Assembly: GCA_963701095.1 (NCBI GenBank)
Contig: OY969564.1
Coordinates: forward strand, 1,248,001-1,312,000
Origin: an uncultured Methanoregulaceae archaeon
GTDB lineage: Archaea; Halobacteriota; Methanomicrobia; Methanomicrobiales; Methanospirillaceae
Reading direction: 5' to 3'
DNA: 64,000 bases
Shown here: positions 33,330-44,301 of the stretch, piece by piece
How the letters are laid out: every line of letters begins with the position of its first letter
How positions within the stretch are numbered: the first letter of the stretch is position 1
The notes under the pieces: model-generated
Database searches by the model: none
What the model was told of the DNA's origin: nothing
What the model saw: the letters and a program-made list of their open reading frames with translations, nothing else
Translations under genes and position numbers: made by a program

Positions 33330-33533
33330 ATGGAAATGCAGGAAATGGAGATTACGATCGATACAGAAGGCAGAATACAGGTTACCGTGACGGGCGCACA
33401 CAATACTGAATGCCTTGAGCTAACCAAAAAGCTCGAGGAGGCCACAGGTGTTGTTGAGGAACGGATCTATTTACCGGCATATTATGAGCACCAAGTAAGC
33501 GAAGACCAGAATGCCCGTATCCGGCGCTCTTAA
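33330..33533 (+). CDS. DUF2997 family small protein
   Basis: EITID-x-x-G-x-I-x-V-x-V-x-G...C-x-ELT-x-x-LE-x-x-x-G-x-V...YY; RBS AGGAGG. Confidence 0.85.
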   Translation: MEMQEMEITIDTEGRIQVTVTGAHNTECLELTKKLEEATGVVEERIYLPAYYEHQVSEDQNARIRRS

Positions 33534-33539
33534 AAAGAA

Positions 33540-34397
33540 TTACCGGGCGAGATCCCGTACAGCCCGGATATTACCCCGGTCATCGCGCCGGTCGTCAACG
33601 GGAGTTTCGCAGATAAGTGGCAGGCGATTAAACACCGGGTTATGGAGGATGCACCGGAAACCATCTTCACCAATGAACCCCATGCCTATATGTTCATGCC
33701 GGTCAAGGCCACTCCCGAGATCACCTTTTGTGTCGTTGGCATGGATTACTTTGAGCCTGCCGATACCCACGGTTTCATCAAGCTGCGCAAGAGTGGCGGC
33801 AAGACCGGTCTCAGTACGCAGCTCATATCCTGCGGCAAACGCATGGCAGGTATCAAAGCAGATCCCTATCCGGTTGGATCGTTCGATCCCGCTGATAATA
33901 CCCTGAATTTGCTCGAAACTGCTTCCTACACTATTCTTCTCTCCAGCGGTATTTTCCAGCAGCAGTATAACGTTTGTATCGGACGCATCAAGCGCCATAT
34001 TCACCGCTTTTATTACCCGTCCCCTGCCTCCCGCTATTCCATCCCCGAGATGGTGGCCAAGATGCGTGACAAGATAGGGAATTTCAAGCCTTCCGCACCG
34101 GTCAAGCTCTGCCTGAAGCGTTTGTACTGATTTATCCCAAATCTCTGTTTTAGGGGAGGCAAGATTGGGGAGGTAGGGCATATGATCGACCGGTATAATC
34201 CCGGTCGTTGCAATTTTCTTCCGGAAAAGGGTGCAGTCATCATCGGTCAGGGGCTTGAACCCCCATCCCCGGGGATTACGCGAGAACATCTGAAAAACGT
34301 CGCATCCCGCATCTTTTGCACGGTCGACGGTAAGATCGAGTGAACCGGCTATAGAAACATGGACGCCTACTTTTACCTGTGCCACAGTTTTCCACAC
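33540..34397 (-). CDS. nfo: endonuclease IV (AP endonuclease 2)
   Basis: GVHVSIAG, H-x-PYL-x-NLAS, LLENTAG, CFDTCH-x-FAAGY, HAND...DRHEHIG-x-G, ETP. Confidence 0.94.
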   Translation of the reverse strand: MWKTVAQVKVGVHVSIAGSLDLTVDRAKDAGCDVFQMFSRNPRGWGFKPLTDDDCTLFRKKIATTGIIPVDHMPYLPNLASPKTEIWDKSVQTLQAELDRCGRLEIPYLVTHLGHHLGDGIAGGRGRVIKAVNMALDASDTNVILLLENTAGEKNSVGSSFEQIQGIISGIERSNRIGICFDTCHAFAAGYELRTETGLAATLAQLDETVGIGRLKVIHANDTKGDLGSGLDRHEHIGMGFIGEDGFRCILHNPVFNRLPLICETPVDDRRDDRGNIRAVRDLAR

Positions 34398-34491
34398 TCC
34401 TGCATTTGAATTACCTGCATCAGATCACCATTTCAGCACATTGGTACATGGAGATTGTGATCGATCCCACCGCACCTTACAAAAAGAAGGG

Positions 34492-35060
34492 TTATTCACT
34501 GCGCCGGTGAGCAAAGATAACAACAATACCCAGACCATGGACACTGATTGCTATAAACGGCATGCCAGATTGTTGAGTCGTTGTGGCAATCAAGGCTGAT
34601 ACGGTTATCGGTTCGGAAGAGGATACAACCGAGGCCAATGTACCGCTCATACCAACCGGAGGAACAATAAAACGAGATAATCAGAGATTGGCTGAACGCC
34701 GGTCATAAGGGAGTATGCCGGACACGAAACCGATGACGCATGACCATCTACAAATGTAACATTAACGTTTGAGGCATCGCTACGACCATTAAAAAAGAGC
34801 GACTTCCCCAGGAGAGGTGTTTCTGCAACTACCCTCGTACCGCTGGTAGTCGTCACGTCTGATGAATCTGCCGTGCATATTGTCCCGGTACACACGGAAC
34901 AATTCGGAACCGTAGCCCCGTTTACTGAATAGTCACCGACAAGTGATGTTGGGGGGCTGCCAATATCTCCGATCTCGTCTATGGCATAATTTGCACTGGG
35001 CTTGGATCCGTACAGTTTTTCGAGCGCGATCCATTTCCCACCGGCTTGCCCAAAACTCAC
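34492..35060 (-). pseudogene. fragment of a cell-surface protein with a C-terminal sorting-like tail
   Basis: Ser/Thr/Gly-rich reading; a one-base shift near 34668 yields ...TTTQQSGMPFIAISVHGLGIVVIFAHRRSE*; no signal peptide seen. Confidence 0.45.
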
Positions 35061-35151
35061 ATGATGTTTCCGGAATTGTAAGAACGGGGATTTATTATAC
35101 GTTGGTGGGGGCACCTGTAATTTGATGTTAAAGGACGGCTAATGTCAGGAT

Positions 35152-35895
35152 ATGCAGGTTACCTTTCTTGGGACAAATGGCTGGTATGATTCACCAACGG
35201 GAAACACAGTCTCAGCGCTGATCTCAGCCCGGGATTACGATATTATTCTTGACGCGGGAAATGGTATTTCAAAAGCAGACCGGTATATTTCTCAGGATAA
35301 ACCGGTCTTCCTGTTTATCAGCCATTTCCATCTTGATCATACGGAAGGACTTCACACGTTGGTAAAATTCCGGTTCAGAAAAGGATTGACGATCTGTGGT
35401 CAGCCAGGCACATCGACGGATCTTGCGGGGCTCGTCCGTGAACCCTATACTGTGCCCCTTGACAAGGTCCCCTTTAGGGTTACCGTGACCGAACTTACCG
35501 ATGGTACTCACGAGATTCCGTTTAAAGTTACCAGCCTGCCGCTTTCCCATCCCGTTCCTTGCAGGGGCTTCAGGTTCGAGATTGACGGAAAGGTCGTTAC
35601 TTATTGCACAGATACGGGCATATGCGATAATGCAATTACCCTCGCGCGCGGCGCAGATCTTCTCATTACCGAGTGCGGCTTAAAGCCCGGTCAGAAAAGT
35701 CCAGATTGGCCGCATCTCAACCCTGAAGAGGCTATCCATATTGCAAAGGTGGCTAAAGCTAAACGCCTCGCACTGATGCACTTTGGGGCAGAGGTGTACA
35801 AATCACTCGATGAAAGGCGGAATTTGAAAAAGCAGTTTGAAAAAGAGTGCCCGGACCTTGTTGTATCTGAGGACAATATGACTATCGACGTTTAA
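35152..35895 (+). CDS. metallo-beta-lactamase fold hydrolase (RNase Z/BN-like)
   Basis: FLGT, LDAGNG, SHFHLDH, YCTDTG, LITEC, HL...LMHF. Confidence 0.88.
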   Translation: MQVTFLGTNGWYDSPTGNTVSALISARDYDIILDAGNGISKADRYISQDKPVFLFISHFHLDHTEGLHTLVKFRFRKGLTICGQPGTSTDLAGLVREPYTVPLDKVPFRVTVTELTDGTHEIPFKVTSLPLSHPVPCRGFRFEIDGKVVTYCTDTGICDNAITLARGADLLITECGLKPGQKSPDWPHLNPEEAIHIAKVAKAKRLALMHFGAEVYKSLDERRNLKKQFEKECPDLVVSEDNMTIDV

Positions 35896-35968
35896 GCTTG
35901 TTTTGGTACAGGATTTATCGATTCCGTTTCCTCTATAAACTGAAAAACCGATCATTCAGGTATACTCA

Positions 35969-37414
35969 ATGGATCTCCAATCACTTATCCCAAAGGACGC
36001 CCAGGCCTTCAAAACAAAGACCATCGATAAGCTCATGGAGTGCACTAATGGCGAACATTCGCTCAGAAAAGTACTTTCACCGCTTGATCTGACCCTCATG
36101 GGCATCGGTGCTATCATTGGCACGGGAATCTTCGTAATCACGGGCGTGGTAGCGGCAAACTATTCTGGTCCTGCGCTTGTTGTCTCTTTTGTTATCGCCG
36201 GAATCGTTTGCGCATTTGCAGCCCTTGCGTATGCGGAGTTTGCTTCAATGGTACCGGTCTCCGGGAGTGCTTACACCTACAGCTATGCCTCACTTGGCGA
36301 GATCTGGGCATGGATCATCGGGTGGGACCTGATTCTCGAATATGGTGTTTCCATTGCAGCAGTTGCTGTGGGGTGGTCAGGATATGCTACAAGCCTTATT
36401 GCAGGTGCTGGGATAACACTACCTGCTGCGTTCATAAACCCGCCCGGAACAAACGGGGGACTTGTCAATCTTCCGGCGATGGCAATCATCCTTCTGGTCA
36501 GCGTTATCCTCATAATTGGTGTACGGGAAAGCGCCCGGGTCAACATGGTAATTGTTGCAATAAAACTTGCCGTAATCTTTCTCTTCCTGTACCTTGCCTT
36601 CGGTCACATCCGGCCCGCCAACTGGGTACCCTTCATGCCATTTGGTTGGAACGGGGTAATCACCGGTGCGGCAATCGTCTTTTTTGCCTATATTGGTTTT
36701 GACGCGGTTTCAACTGCGGCAGAAGAGGTGAAAAACCCAAAACGGGATATACCCATAGGCATTCTCTCCTCACTTGCAATTGCGACGATCCTTTATATCG
36801 CAGTCTCCGCAGTTCTTACCGGGATCGTTCCTTATACGCTTTTTGCCGATACAAGCGCACCGGTTGCTTTTGCGCTTGAACAGATCGGGATATCCTGGGG
36901 ATCAGCGCTTATCTCCGTCGGAGCCATCTGCGGGATTACGTCCGTTATCCTTGTGCTCCTGTACGGCCAGACGCGTATATTCTTTGCAATGTCACGCGAC
37001 GGTTTGCTCCCCGGACTATTCAGGCAGATCCATCCCGTGTACCGAACCCCGGTCAAAGTGACCATCCTTGTAGGCATGGTCACTGCTTTCCTCGCCGGAT
37101 TTCTCCCGCTCACTACTATTGCAGAGCTTGTCAATATCGGAACCCTTGCCGCATTTATTATTGTCTCGCTTGGTGTGATCGTTCTCCGCCATACACAACC
37201 GACGTTGCCCCGGCCGTTCAGGTGTCCTTTTGTCCCCTATGTCCCGATCCTTTGCATCCTTTCCTGCGGGCTGCTGATCCTTGCACTCCCCCTGGTTACC
37301 CACCTGCGATTCGTACTCTGGCTTGCAGTCGGCCTTGTAATCTATATCCTATACAGCAGGCATAACAGCAGGATTAACGATGATACAAGTGCTCTCGATT
37401 GCTGGAAGGAGTGA
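35969..37414 (+). CDS. APC family amino acid permease (CAT-like)
   Basis: GAIIGTGIF, YAEFAS-x-x-P-x-SGSAY-x-Y, FFAYIGFD-x-VST-x-AEE-x-KNP, AMSRDGLLP. Confidence 0.93.
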   Translation: MDLQSLIPKDAQAFKTKTIDKLMECTNGEHSLRKVLSPLDLTLMGIGAIIGTGIFVITGVVAANYSGPALVVSFVIAGIVCAFAALAYAEFASMVPVSGSAYTYSYASLGEIWAWIIGWDLILEYGVSIAAVAVGWSGYATSLIAGAGITLPAAFINPPGTNGGLVNLPAMAIILLVSVILIIGVRESARVNMVIVAIKLAVIFLFLYLAFGHIRPANWVPFMPFGWNGVITGAAIVFFAYIGFDAVSTAAEEVKNPKRDIPIGILSSLAIATILYIAVSAVLTGIVPYTLFADTSAPVAFALEQIGISWGSALISVGAICGITSVILVLLYGQTRIFFAMSRDGLLPGLFRQIHPVYRTPVKVTILVGMVTAFLAGFLPLTTIAELVNIGTLAAFIIVSLGVIVLRHTQPTLPRPFRCPFVPYVPILCILSCGLLILALPLVTHLRFVLWLAVGLVIYILYSRHNSRINDDTSALDCWKE

Positions 37415-37457
37415 ACGGAAAGAAACGTATCCGATGTCTGTGAAAAGAGAGAAAAGA

Positions 37458-38030
37458 TTACTTTTTGAGTTTTTTCATTACCCATGCCATATTTTCGCCA
37501 AGCACTTTCATGGTGTTGAGCCCTTCATCGTCGTGTTCCACATCTCCGGGCGCAAGCCCGATACCGACATTCCAGTAACACGAGCCGGGAACGACCATCT
37601 GACTGATGAAGAAGAAATGGTTGATTGTATCGAACGTGTGGATTGCACCCCCACGGCGAACAGCCACAACCGCAGCTCCAACTTTGCGCCGGAACATGCT
37701 ATCATTTGCCATGGCAACAAAGCCCGATCGGTCGATCAGCGCTTTCATTTCAGTGGTCACATCTGAGAAATATGTTGGTGATGCGAGAATGATCCCGTCG
37801 GCTTCGTCCATTTTACCTATGCATTCGTTTGCAAAATCGTCAATCACACATCTGCGATCCTTATTCTCCATGCATTTCATGCAGGCAGTACATCCATGCA
37901 CTTTCTTTCCTGCGAGCTGAACCAGTTCAGTTTTGATACCTTCTTTCTCGAGTTCTTCGAATAGTGTCCGCACGAGGATTGCAGTGTTTCCATCTTTGCG
38001 GGCACTCCCGTTAAATGCGACAACCTTCAT
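37458..38030 (-). CDS. iron-sulfur flavoprotein (flavodoxin-like, Isf family)
   Basis: NGSARKDGNT, CTACMKC...C, ASPTYF, RRGG. Confidence 0.9.
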   Translation of the reverse strand: MKVVAFNGSARKDGNTAILVRTLFEELEKEGIKTELVQLAGKKVHGCTACMKCMENKDRRCVIDDFANECIGKMDEADGIILASPTYFSDVTTEMKALIDRSGFVAMANDSMFRRKVGAAVVAVRRGGAIHTFDTINHFFFISQMVVPGSCYWNVGIGLAPGDVEHDDEGLNTMKVLGENMAWVMKKLKK

Positions 38031-38198
38031 GATACTCTCCCTAATAATTCCCGGTAGAATCGCTCCACAGATAATACATTCAGTTTCTTGAAAGGGATCT
38101 TATAAGAGAACGTGGTGAAATAATCCGGACCTACATATTGCAAAAACTATGTACTAGGGTATCATCTTATGAACCCGCGCGCCAAATAGTCGTGCGAT

Positions 38199-39798
38199 AT
38201 GAATACTAAGAGTACAGTTTTCCGATCTTTCCCTTTCAAAAGAGATCGCGAAAGCCATCGAACAAATGGGCTTTGAAGAGCCCACCCCCATCCAGGCACG
38301 TGCAATACCCCTCATCCAAAGCGGCCGGGATGTGACAGCACAGGCACAGACCGGCACCGGAAAAACCTCGGCTTTTGGTATCCCGGTCATTGAAAACATA
38401 GACCAGACCCAAAGGGTTGTTCAGACTATCGTGCTCTGTCCAACGCGTGAACTCGCCATTCAGATCGCCGAAGAATTCTCCCATCTTCTTGCATATCTCC
38501 CGAAAATTTCAATTCTCCCGGTATATGGCGGCCAACCAATTGAACGCCAGCTAAAGCTCTTGCACATGGCGTCCATATTGTTATCGGAACCCCTGGACGC
38601 GTGATGGACCATCTCCGGCGCCGGACACTCTCCCTTGACCATGTCTCGATTGTTGTTCTTGATGAAGCCGACCAGATGCTCGATATGGGATTTCGCGAAG
38701 ATATCGAGCATATTTTAAAAAGTGTCCCGCAGAAACGGCAGACACTGCTCTTCTCCGCGACGATGCCCCAGCCTATTATAGAGATTTCAAAACGGTTCCA
38801 GAACAAGCCCGAGTTTGTCCGAATAGAGTACCAGGAACTAACAGTTCCTGCTACAGAACAATCCTATATCGAAGTCAAGGACCGGGACAAACTTGATTCC
38901 CTTTGCCGGGTAATCGATGTCGTCGACCCACAACTTGCCATAATCTTCTGTAACACCAAGAGGCGAGCAGAGGATCTTGCCAGTCATATCAGGGCACGGG
39001 GTTACCGCGCCGAGGAACTTCACGGAGATATGAAACAGACCCAGCGGGACCGGGTCATGAACAGTTTCCGGAAAGGCACTCTCGATATCCTGATAGCGAC
39101 CGATGTCGCCGCGCGGGGAATAGATGTTGAAGATGTCGATATCGTAATTAATTACGATGTTCCTCAAGATGTCGAATACTATGTTCACCGCATCGGCCGC
39201 ACGGGGCGAGCCGGGAAAAGTGGCCGGGCAATCACCTTTGTAACACCCCGGGATTTAACCAAACTCCGCGAGATCCAGAAATACATAAAAGTTCAGATCC
39301 CACGAAAGAATCTTCCGACTGCAGACGATGTCGTTGAATCAAAAACCAAGACAATTATCGAAGAGATCCGTGAGACTGTCCAAAAGGGTGGTATTGACCA
39401 GTATAAACGGATGATCGAAAAGGAGAGCGAAGGAGATCTCTCAACGCTTGAGATCGCTGCCGCTCTCATGAAATTGCGTATGGAGCAGGGAGCGGAAACC
39501 CGCAAAGAACGCAACGCCCCGGCCGATTTCGGAGATACCGGCGCAGAGGCCGGCATGGTACGGTTCTTCTTAGGTCTTGGACGGAACCACAATGTCAGCT
39601 CCCAAGGACATTGTCGGCGCAATAGCTGGTGAAACCGGTATCCCTGGCAAATCAATAGGGGCGATAAGGATACTCGATACCTATTCCTTTGTTGAAGTAC
39701 CCCGCGATTGTGCAGAAGAGGTCTATACTATCATGAAGGATCGCACGATCCGCGGCCAACCAACCGGGATAGAACCGGCCCAAGGCCGTAATGAGTGA
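38199..39798 (+). CDS. deaD: DEAD-box RNA helicase (DeaD/CsdA-like with DbpA RNA-binding domain); frameshifts near 38210, 38555 and 39600
   Basis: Q motif GFEEPTPIQ, AQTGTGKT, PTRELA, TPGR, DEAD, SAT, ARGID, HRIGRTGRAG; C-terminal IVGAIA-x-E...IG-x-I...SFVEV. Confidence 0.9.
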
Positions 39799-39930
39799 AG
39801 TAACCTTTTTTAGAGCGTAATAAATTTTCTTTTTTATATTTGCAGGAATGTGCAGAACCCAGGAAATATTTATATATAACGAAAATCTGCTACGCACAAT
39901 CCTATATATCACGCAGTTGAACTTTCCAGT

Positions 39931-40431
39931 ATGAATATGAAGGTTCTTTTTGTCGGTCTTGTGTGTCTCGTCCTTGTGCTTGTTGCAGCTGGTTGTACAC
40001 AACCTGCCGCGCAGCAGGCAACGCCGGTTCCCACACAAGTCGCAACTCCCGTAGAACAAGTTAGTACCCTAACTGCAGCTCCAACCACGTTTATACCCGC
40101 TACCCCCGGCCCAACGGAGACATTACCGAGCAACTGGGGTGTGACTGTTCAGGTTCAGAGCAACGGACAGGCGATAAACCCCCAGGTGATTTTCACTTTT
40201 GAGGGGGGCATGGGCCAGAATTTAATTCCTGAAATTGACGTCCAGCTCACCAGGTCTGATGGGACCGTGGAAACAGGCAAAATGACGCAACCCCTAGCTA
40301 TAGGGACGACTACCGTTAGTCTCCCGGGAACAACAGGCAATAATGACCGGGCTCAAGTATGGGCTTTAACCCCTCAGGGAGATAAAGTTTTGATCTACGA
40401 CCAGTATGTGCCATTCAGGGCTTATGCATAA
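39931..40431 (+). CDS. hypothetical lipoprotein
   Basis: lipobox AAGC, Thr/Pro linker, F-x-GG-x-GQ motif. Confidence 0.75.
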   Translation: MNMKVLFVGLVCLVLVLVAAGCTQPAAQQATPVPTQVATPVEQVSTLTAAPTTFIPATPGPTETLPSNWGVTVQVQSNGQAINPQVIFTFEGGMGQNLIPEIDVQLTRSDGTVETGKMTQPLAIGTTTVSLPGTTGNNDRAQVWALTPQGDKVLIYDQYVPFRAYA

Positions 40432-40482
40432 TCTTTCCCTTTTTCATCCTGTTTTCGGGTAATTCACATCAGAATATACTAG

Positions 40483-40937
40483 TCAATAATCATCAAGATG
40501 CAACGTCTGCCACGTTATCGTTCCTTCTTCCACAGCTTTTTTATCACCCGCTGGGTTCGGGAAAGGGTAGCACTCCCATGCTTCACGTCCATAAATACAA
40601 TCCTGATAGTTGACCCTTTCTCATCGGCGACTGATGAAAGGCCATCAAATATTATGTAATCGACCGGGGAGCCGATGAACCGGGCATCCGCCGGGAGGTA
40701 CCCAAACGATGGCAAAAGTGGTGCCATCTGTTCACCAATTTTTCCTTTCAGGGTCGAGCGGGACCGGTTCACCGAATCTTTCCGGATCTCAGCAGCATAT
40801 TCTATTTTCCATCGCTCAAGATCAGCCCGATACCGTTGTTCAATTGCAGAAATTTGCGCTTTTACAAAGCACCAACCAAGAAAAAAACCGGCGATCAGGG
40901 CAATTACAATGTAGACGAGGGTATCTTCAAATGCCAT
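40483..40937 (-). CDS. Holliday junction resolvase-like endonuclease (membrane-anchored); frameshift near 40540
   Basis: N-terminal TM; R-x-DS-x-x-RSR-x-x-L-x-G-x-I-x-EQ-x-AP, DARFIG-x-PVD-x-I-x-FDG, F-x-DVK-x-G. Confidence 0.85.
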
Positions 40938-41198
40938 AAAAGTGGTACGACACCAGCTTTTAATGCAGATGGGCAGGGAGTGTGAAAATAACTGCTTACG
41001 ATCAGGATGTACCTTTCTGCCGACGAAATACTTTTGACGTTCAAGCGATCGCATTTTTGAAGAATGGAGAAAGGAGTTTCATTTAAAAAGATGCAACTAT
41101 TCTCCAAGGGGAATATTTTCTCCATTATTATGGATACATACAACCAGTGTGAACCACAATTCTTTTTTCCCGTATGGTAGACTTAGGATTGTATAGCT

Positions 41199-41663
41199 AT
41201 GCAGAAAATTCCAACCCGAAAATACCAGGTAGTCGAGGAAGCAGAGATCGATCTCGTCCTCAAGTCCAGGGACAGCCGCGAATTTTATGAGCAATATCTC
41301 AAAGTATTTCCTGATACCAAAAAAGGGCTCGATAGCATTAGTAAAATATGGAAACGCCGTAGCGAATTTGCAAAGAAGCGGCCACTTATCCTCCCCCAGG
41401 CAGAAGGCGGTTCACCAAACGCTCACGAGATACAGGCACTTATCACCGAACAGACAAAAATCATGACGGATATAGCCGCTCTCACTAAAGAAAACCTTGA
41501 AATCAGCAGACAGATTCTCCAGGCGCTCGCCCATCAGAACCGGATTATGTCCGGACATAATGAAGATACTGCAAAGGAACCGGTGCATCAGGCTCACACT
41601 TCAAAACCAGCGGCGCAGAAAAAAGCTCCGGAAAAACAGACACCTATTCTGGTGGGTTCATAA
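41199..41663 (+). CDS. hypothetical protein (helical N-terminal domain plus coiled coil)
   Basis: 154-aa ORF in an AT-rich region, followed by T-rich terminator-like sequence. Confidence 0.7.
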   Translation: MQKIPTRKYQVVEEAEIDLVLKSRDSREFYEQYLKVFPDTKKGLDSISKIWKRRSEFAKKRPLILPQAEGGSPNAHEIQALITEQTKIMTDIAALTKENLEISRQILQALAHQNRIMSGHNEDTAKEPVHQAHTSKPAAQKKAPEKQTPILVGS

Positions 41664-41878
41664 TCGAAAACATCTCTTTATATTTTTTTCATTCCCGCGC
41701 ATATCTTTTTTTAAAAGTTATTTCAAAAGAATACTGATAAATTCTCCTTCTTCTGGCCAATTTCCTTACTAAAACAGATTGTTTAACAAATCCATTTACA
41801 GATTACTTTAATCATATAATAAAGAGGGGCCAGAATCACCCTATTCATATATATAGATCCAGACAAAAATTTTTGTAT

Positions 41879-42163
41879 ATGCCACGTGGACGCCCTAAAG
41901 GTTCAAGGAATCTGAGCGCATATGAACGCGGAAAAGTAAAAAGAATACGTGAAATTCTTTTGCAGAAAGGAATTAGCGATTTTGACCGTCTGCGCGATCA
42001 GCAGATTCTCAATAATATTTATGTTAATACTGATGGCGAAATATTTGTTAAATTTGGTTTAGGCAAAATTATTACCGAAGAAAAGGTTCCCCTGAACCGG
42101 ACTGGCGAGAAGATTCTCGCAAAACTCGAGAAAAACATTGCATTATTGCGCACTGTTATCTGA
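41879..42163 (+). CDS. small basic protein with an N-terminal AT-hook-like motif
   Basis: MPRGRPKGSRN; upstream TATA-like TATATATA; ATG at 41879. Confidence 0.65.
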   Translation: MPRGRPKGSRNLSAYERGKVKRIREILLQKGISDFDRLRDQQILNNIYVNTDGEIFVKFGLGKIITEEKVPLNRTGEKILAKLEKNIALLRTVI

Positions 42164-42419
42164 AAAAAAACCTGATTTAATTTTATCTGGAAAAAACATC
42201 CAGAATATAGGCAATATTTTCTTTTTGTAAAAGATCTTTTCTTACTGCTTTTGCCTATCCTTTGACCATTTGCCATATCCCGATGTTATCAAATTTTACT
42301 AGTGAAATTGTAACCGTTTTTACTTTCGAACCTGTATTTCCTGTAAAACATATTCGCGAAAATCCAGGTAGTTCCATAAAAACAATATCCCGTGACGTCA
42401 CACCCATTCTTACATATCG

Positions 42420-43148
42420 GTGATTATTGTTTCACTCATTCCTATACCGTACCGCATAACAGACTCTTACGGAGGAAAAGAACGCCTTATTTGAGTATCC
42501 CGTTCATCGTCTCGCAGATGTGATCCGGGAGGTCGGGTTCCGGTGCACAGGCTGCGCAAAATGCTGTTCCCGGGTATTCAACGGTCACGTTTTTCTTCTT
42601 GATCAGGAAGTGGCTGTTGTTCGGGCAATTGATCCTAATGCGATCGAGCCGCTCCGGATCCTGAGTTCTGTGACCAAAATGGCACATTTTATGTATCAGG
42701 TTATTCACTTAAGGTGCAGGATGATGAAAGCGGATCGTGCTGGTTTCTCAATAAAGGCAAATGCAGCATATACGACCGCAGGTTTTCTATATGTCGGATC
42801 TATCCGTACATGCTTCACCGGGAGCCTGACGAAAGGGGAAACATTGACTGGCGCCAGATCTCCGGGTTGGACAAACACGGCGAATATAATACTGCAATCA
42901 CAGAGGAGGAAAGCCTCACCATTGCCCGCGTAACCCTCGAATATGAACATGCGTTCCTCGATCATCAGATCGCTTTTTTAGATTGTGTCCAGGATTGGTT
43001 TGCTCGGCACCAGCTCCGGCACGTGCAGAAAATCTATGACACAAGGTTGCGACAGCTCAGGAAGGGTGTACCGATCACGGTCATGGTCTACACTGACGGA
43101 AATTTCGAAAAATGCCAGATTTGCACTGATACAATATCCCGCAAATAA
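42420..43148 (+). CDS. YkgJ family cysteine-cluster protein; frameshifts near 42466 and 42655
   Basis: GFRCTGCAKCC; C-x-FL...CSIY-x-x-R-x-x-ICR-x-YP. Confidence 0.8.
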
Positions 43149-43275
43149 TAAACGGATATCGTTGACATTCCGAATAGTGAGTTTTTCATCCGGAAAAGGG
43201 AGGATCCTTCAGAGAGGCAATCAATGTTTCAATCCAGTCCGATGAACAAGAATCCGATAAATCTAAAAAAGGTAA

Positions 43276-44127
43276 TCAGATGTTACCTGGAATAAACTGC
43301 TGATTATTTGAAGGGGCAAACGCGCCCTCAATTACACCAGGCGGAAGGATACCGGGTGCCGATCCGGTTTTTGCGTACATGTAAAGTGCCACAGTGAAAA
43401 TGCCCTGCATCGCTGAAGCCAGTATAGCAAGGACGGCGATGAGAACGATAAAGAGCGCAAGGGCGATGTAAAAGAGTGTTGTGTCACCGATAAAGAGGGT
43501 ACCGATTACAAGAATCAAGCCGACGAATCCGACAACCGCAAAGATCAAGGAGATAGAGAGCGTTCCAACAACACTTTCCCCCCAGGTCTTTTTAAAAAGT
43601 TCAAGTGATTCCTTCATTGCATCAAACACACCTTTGTCCTCAAAGGCAAGCACGGGAACGACAAAAAGGGTAATAAGGCTCCAAACTCCGCCAATGATCG
43701 AGGCAGCAATCTGTCCAAGGAATCCGGACCGGTCTTCTATCATACGCAGGATTAGGCCTACGGTGGCAGCTACAACGGCCCAAACGAGAATGGCAGGAAG
43801 ATGGCGGCTTGCAGCGGAGAGACCTTCGCGTATGGTCATGGACTTTCCATTTAGCTTTGCATAAACGCAGCTTATCAAACCTACGTTAAAGAAAATGACT
43901 ACAAAATAGCTGACCAGATAGAAAAGGAATACAAAAATAATTCCACCCAAAGTACTCGTGTTAAATGAAAAGATACTGGTTGAGAGGAAAACTGCAAAAA
44001 ATGATGCAATCACCAGAAGCGTTACAATACCAGAAATTATGGGGAATGCAAGGAGTCGTTTATCCTCCATGAGGATCTTCCAGCTCGCCTTCACCAATTC
44101 GAAACTTCGAATTATCCGATCTATCAT
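43276..44127 (-). CDS. conserved membrane protein (DUF6159-like)
   Basis: about 6 TM; LL-x-FP, WA-x-x-x-ATVG, T-x-FVVPV...E, S-x-x-LFKKTWGE. Confidence 0.75.
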   Translation of the reverse strand: MIDRIIRSFELVKASWKILMEDKRLLAFPIISGIVTLLVIASFFAVFLSTSIFSFNTSTLGGIIFVFLFYLVSYFVVIFFNVGLISCVYAKLNGKSMTIREGLSAASRHLPAILVWAVVAATVGLILRMIEDRSGFLGQIAASIIGGVWSLITLFVVPVLAFEDKGVFDAMKESLELFKKTWGESVVGTLSISLIFAVVGFVGLILVIGTLFIGDTTLFYIALALFIVLIAVLAILASAMQGIFTVALYMYAKTGSAPGILPPGVIEGAFAPSNNQQFIPGNI

Positions 44128-44301
44128 AATTCTCTATTCGCAGTCCTGCGGGATGAATGTTATTTCCTGCCAACCCGTTTTGTTTCACTTTAATGAAAAA
44201 AATGAAAAGAAGATCTATCTTGGCACATCTATCGCGCACCCATGAACCGGGAATAATTCTGGATACCGGGTTTTTGTAATAACGATAGAATGCTTGGGAT
44301 C

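Noticed and set aside
26000..33540. The DUF1257/AAA operon as a provirus or transposon
   Set aside because: No integrase, transposase, capsid, terminase or terminal repeats are recognisable at its edges.
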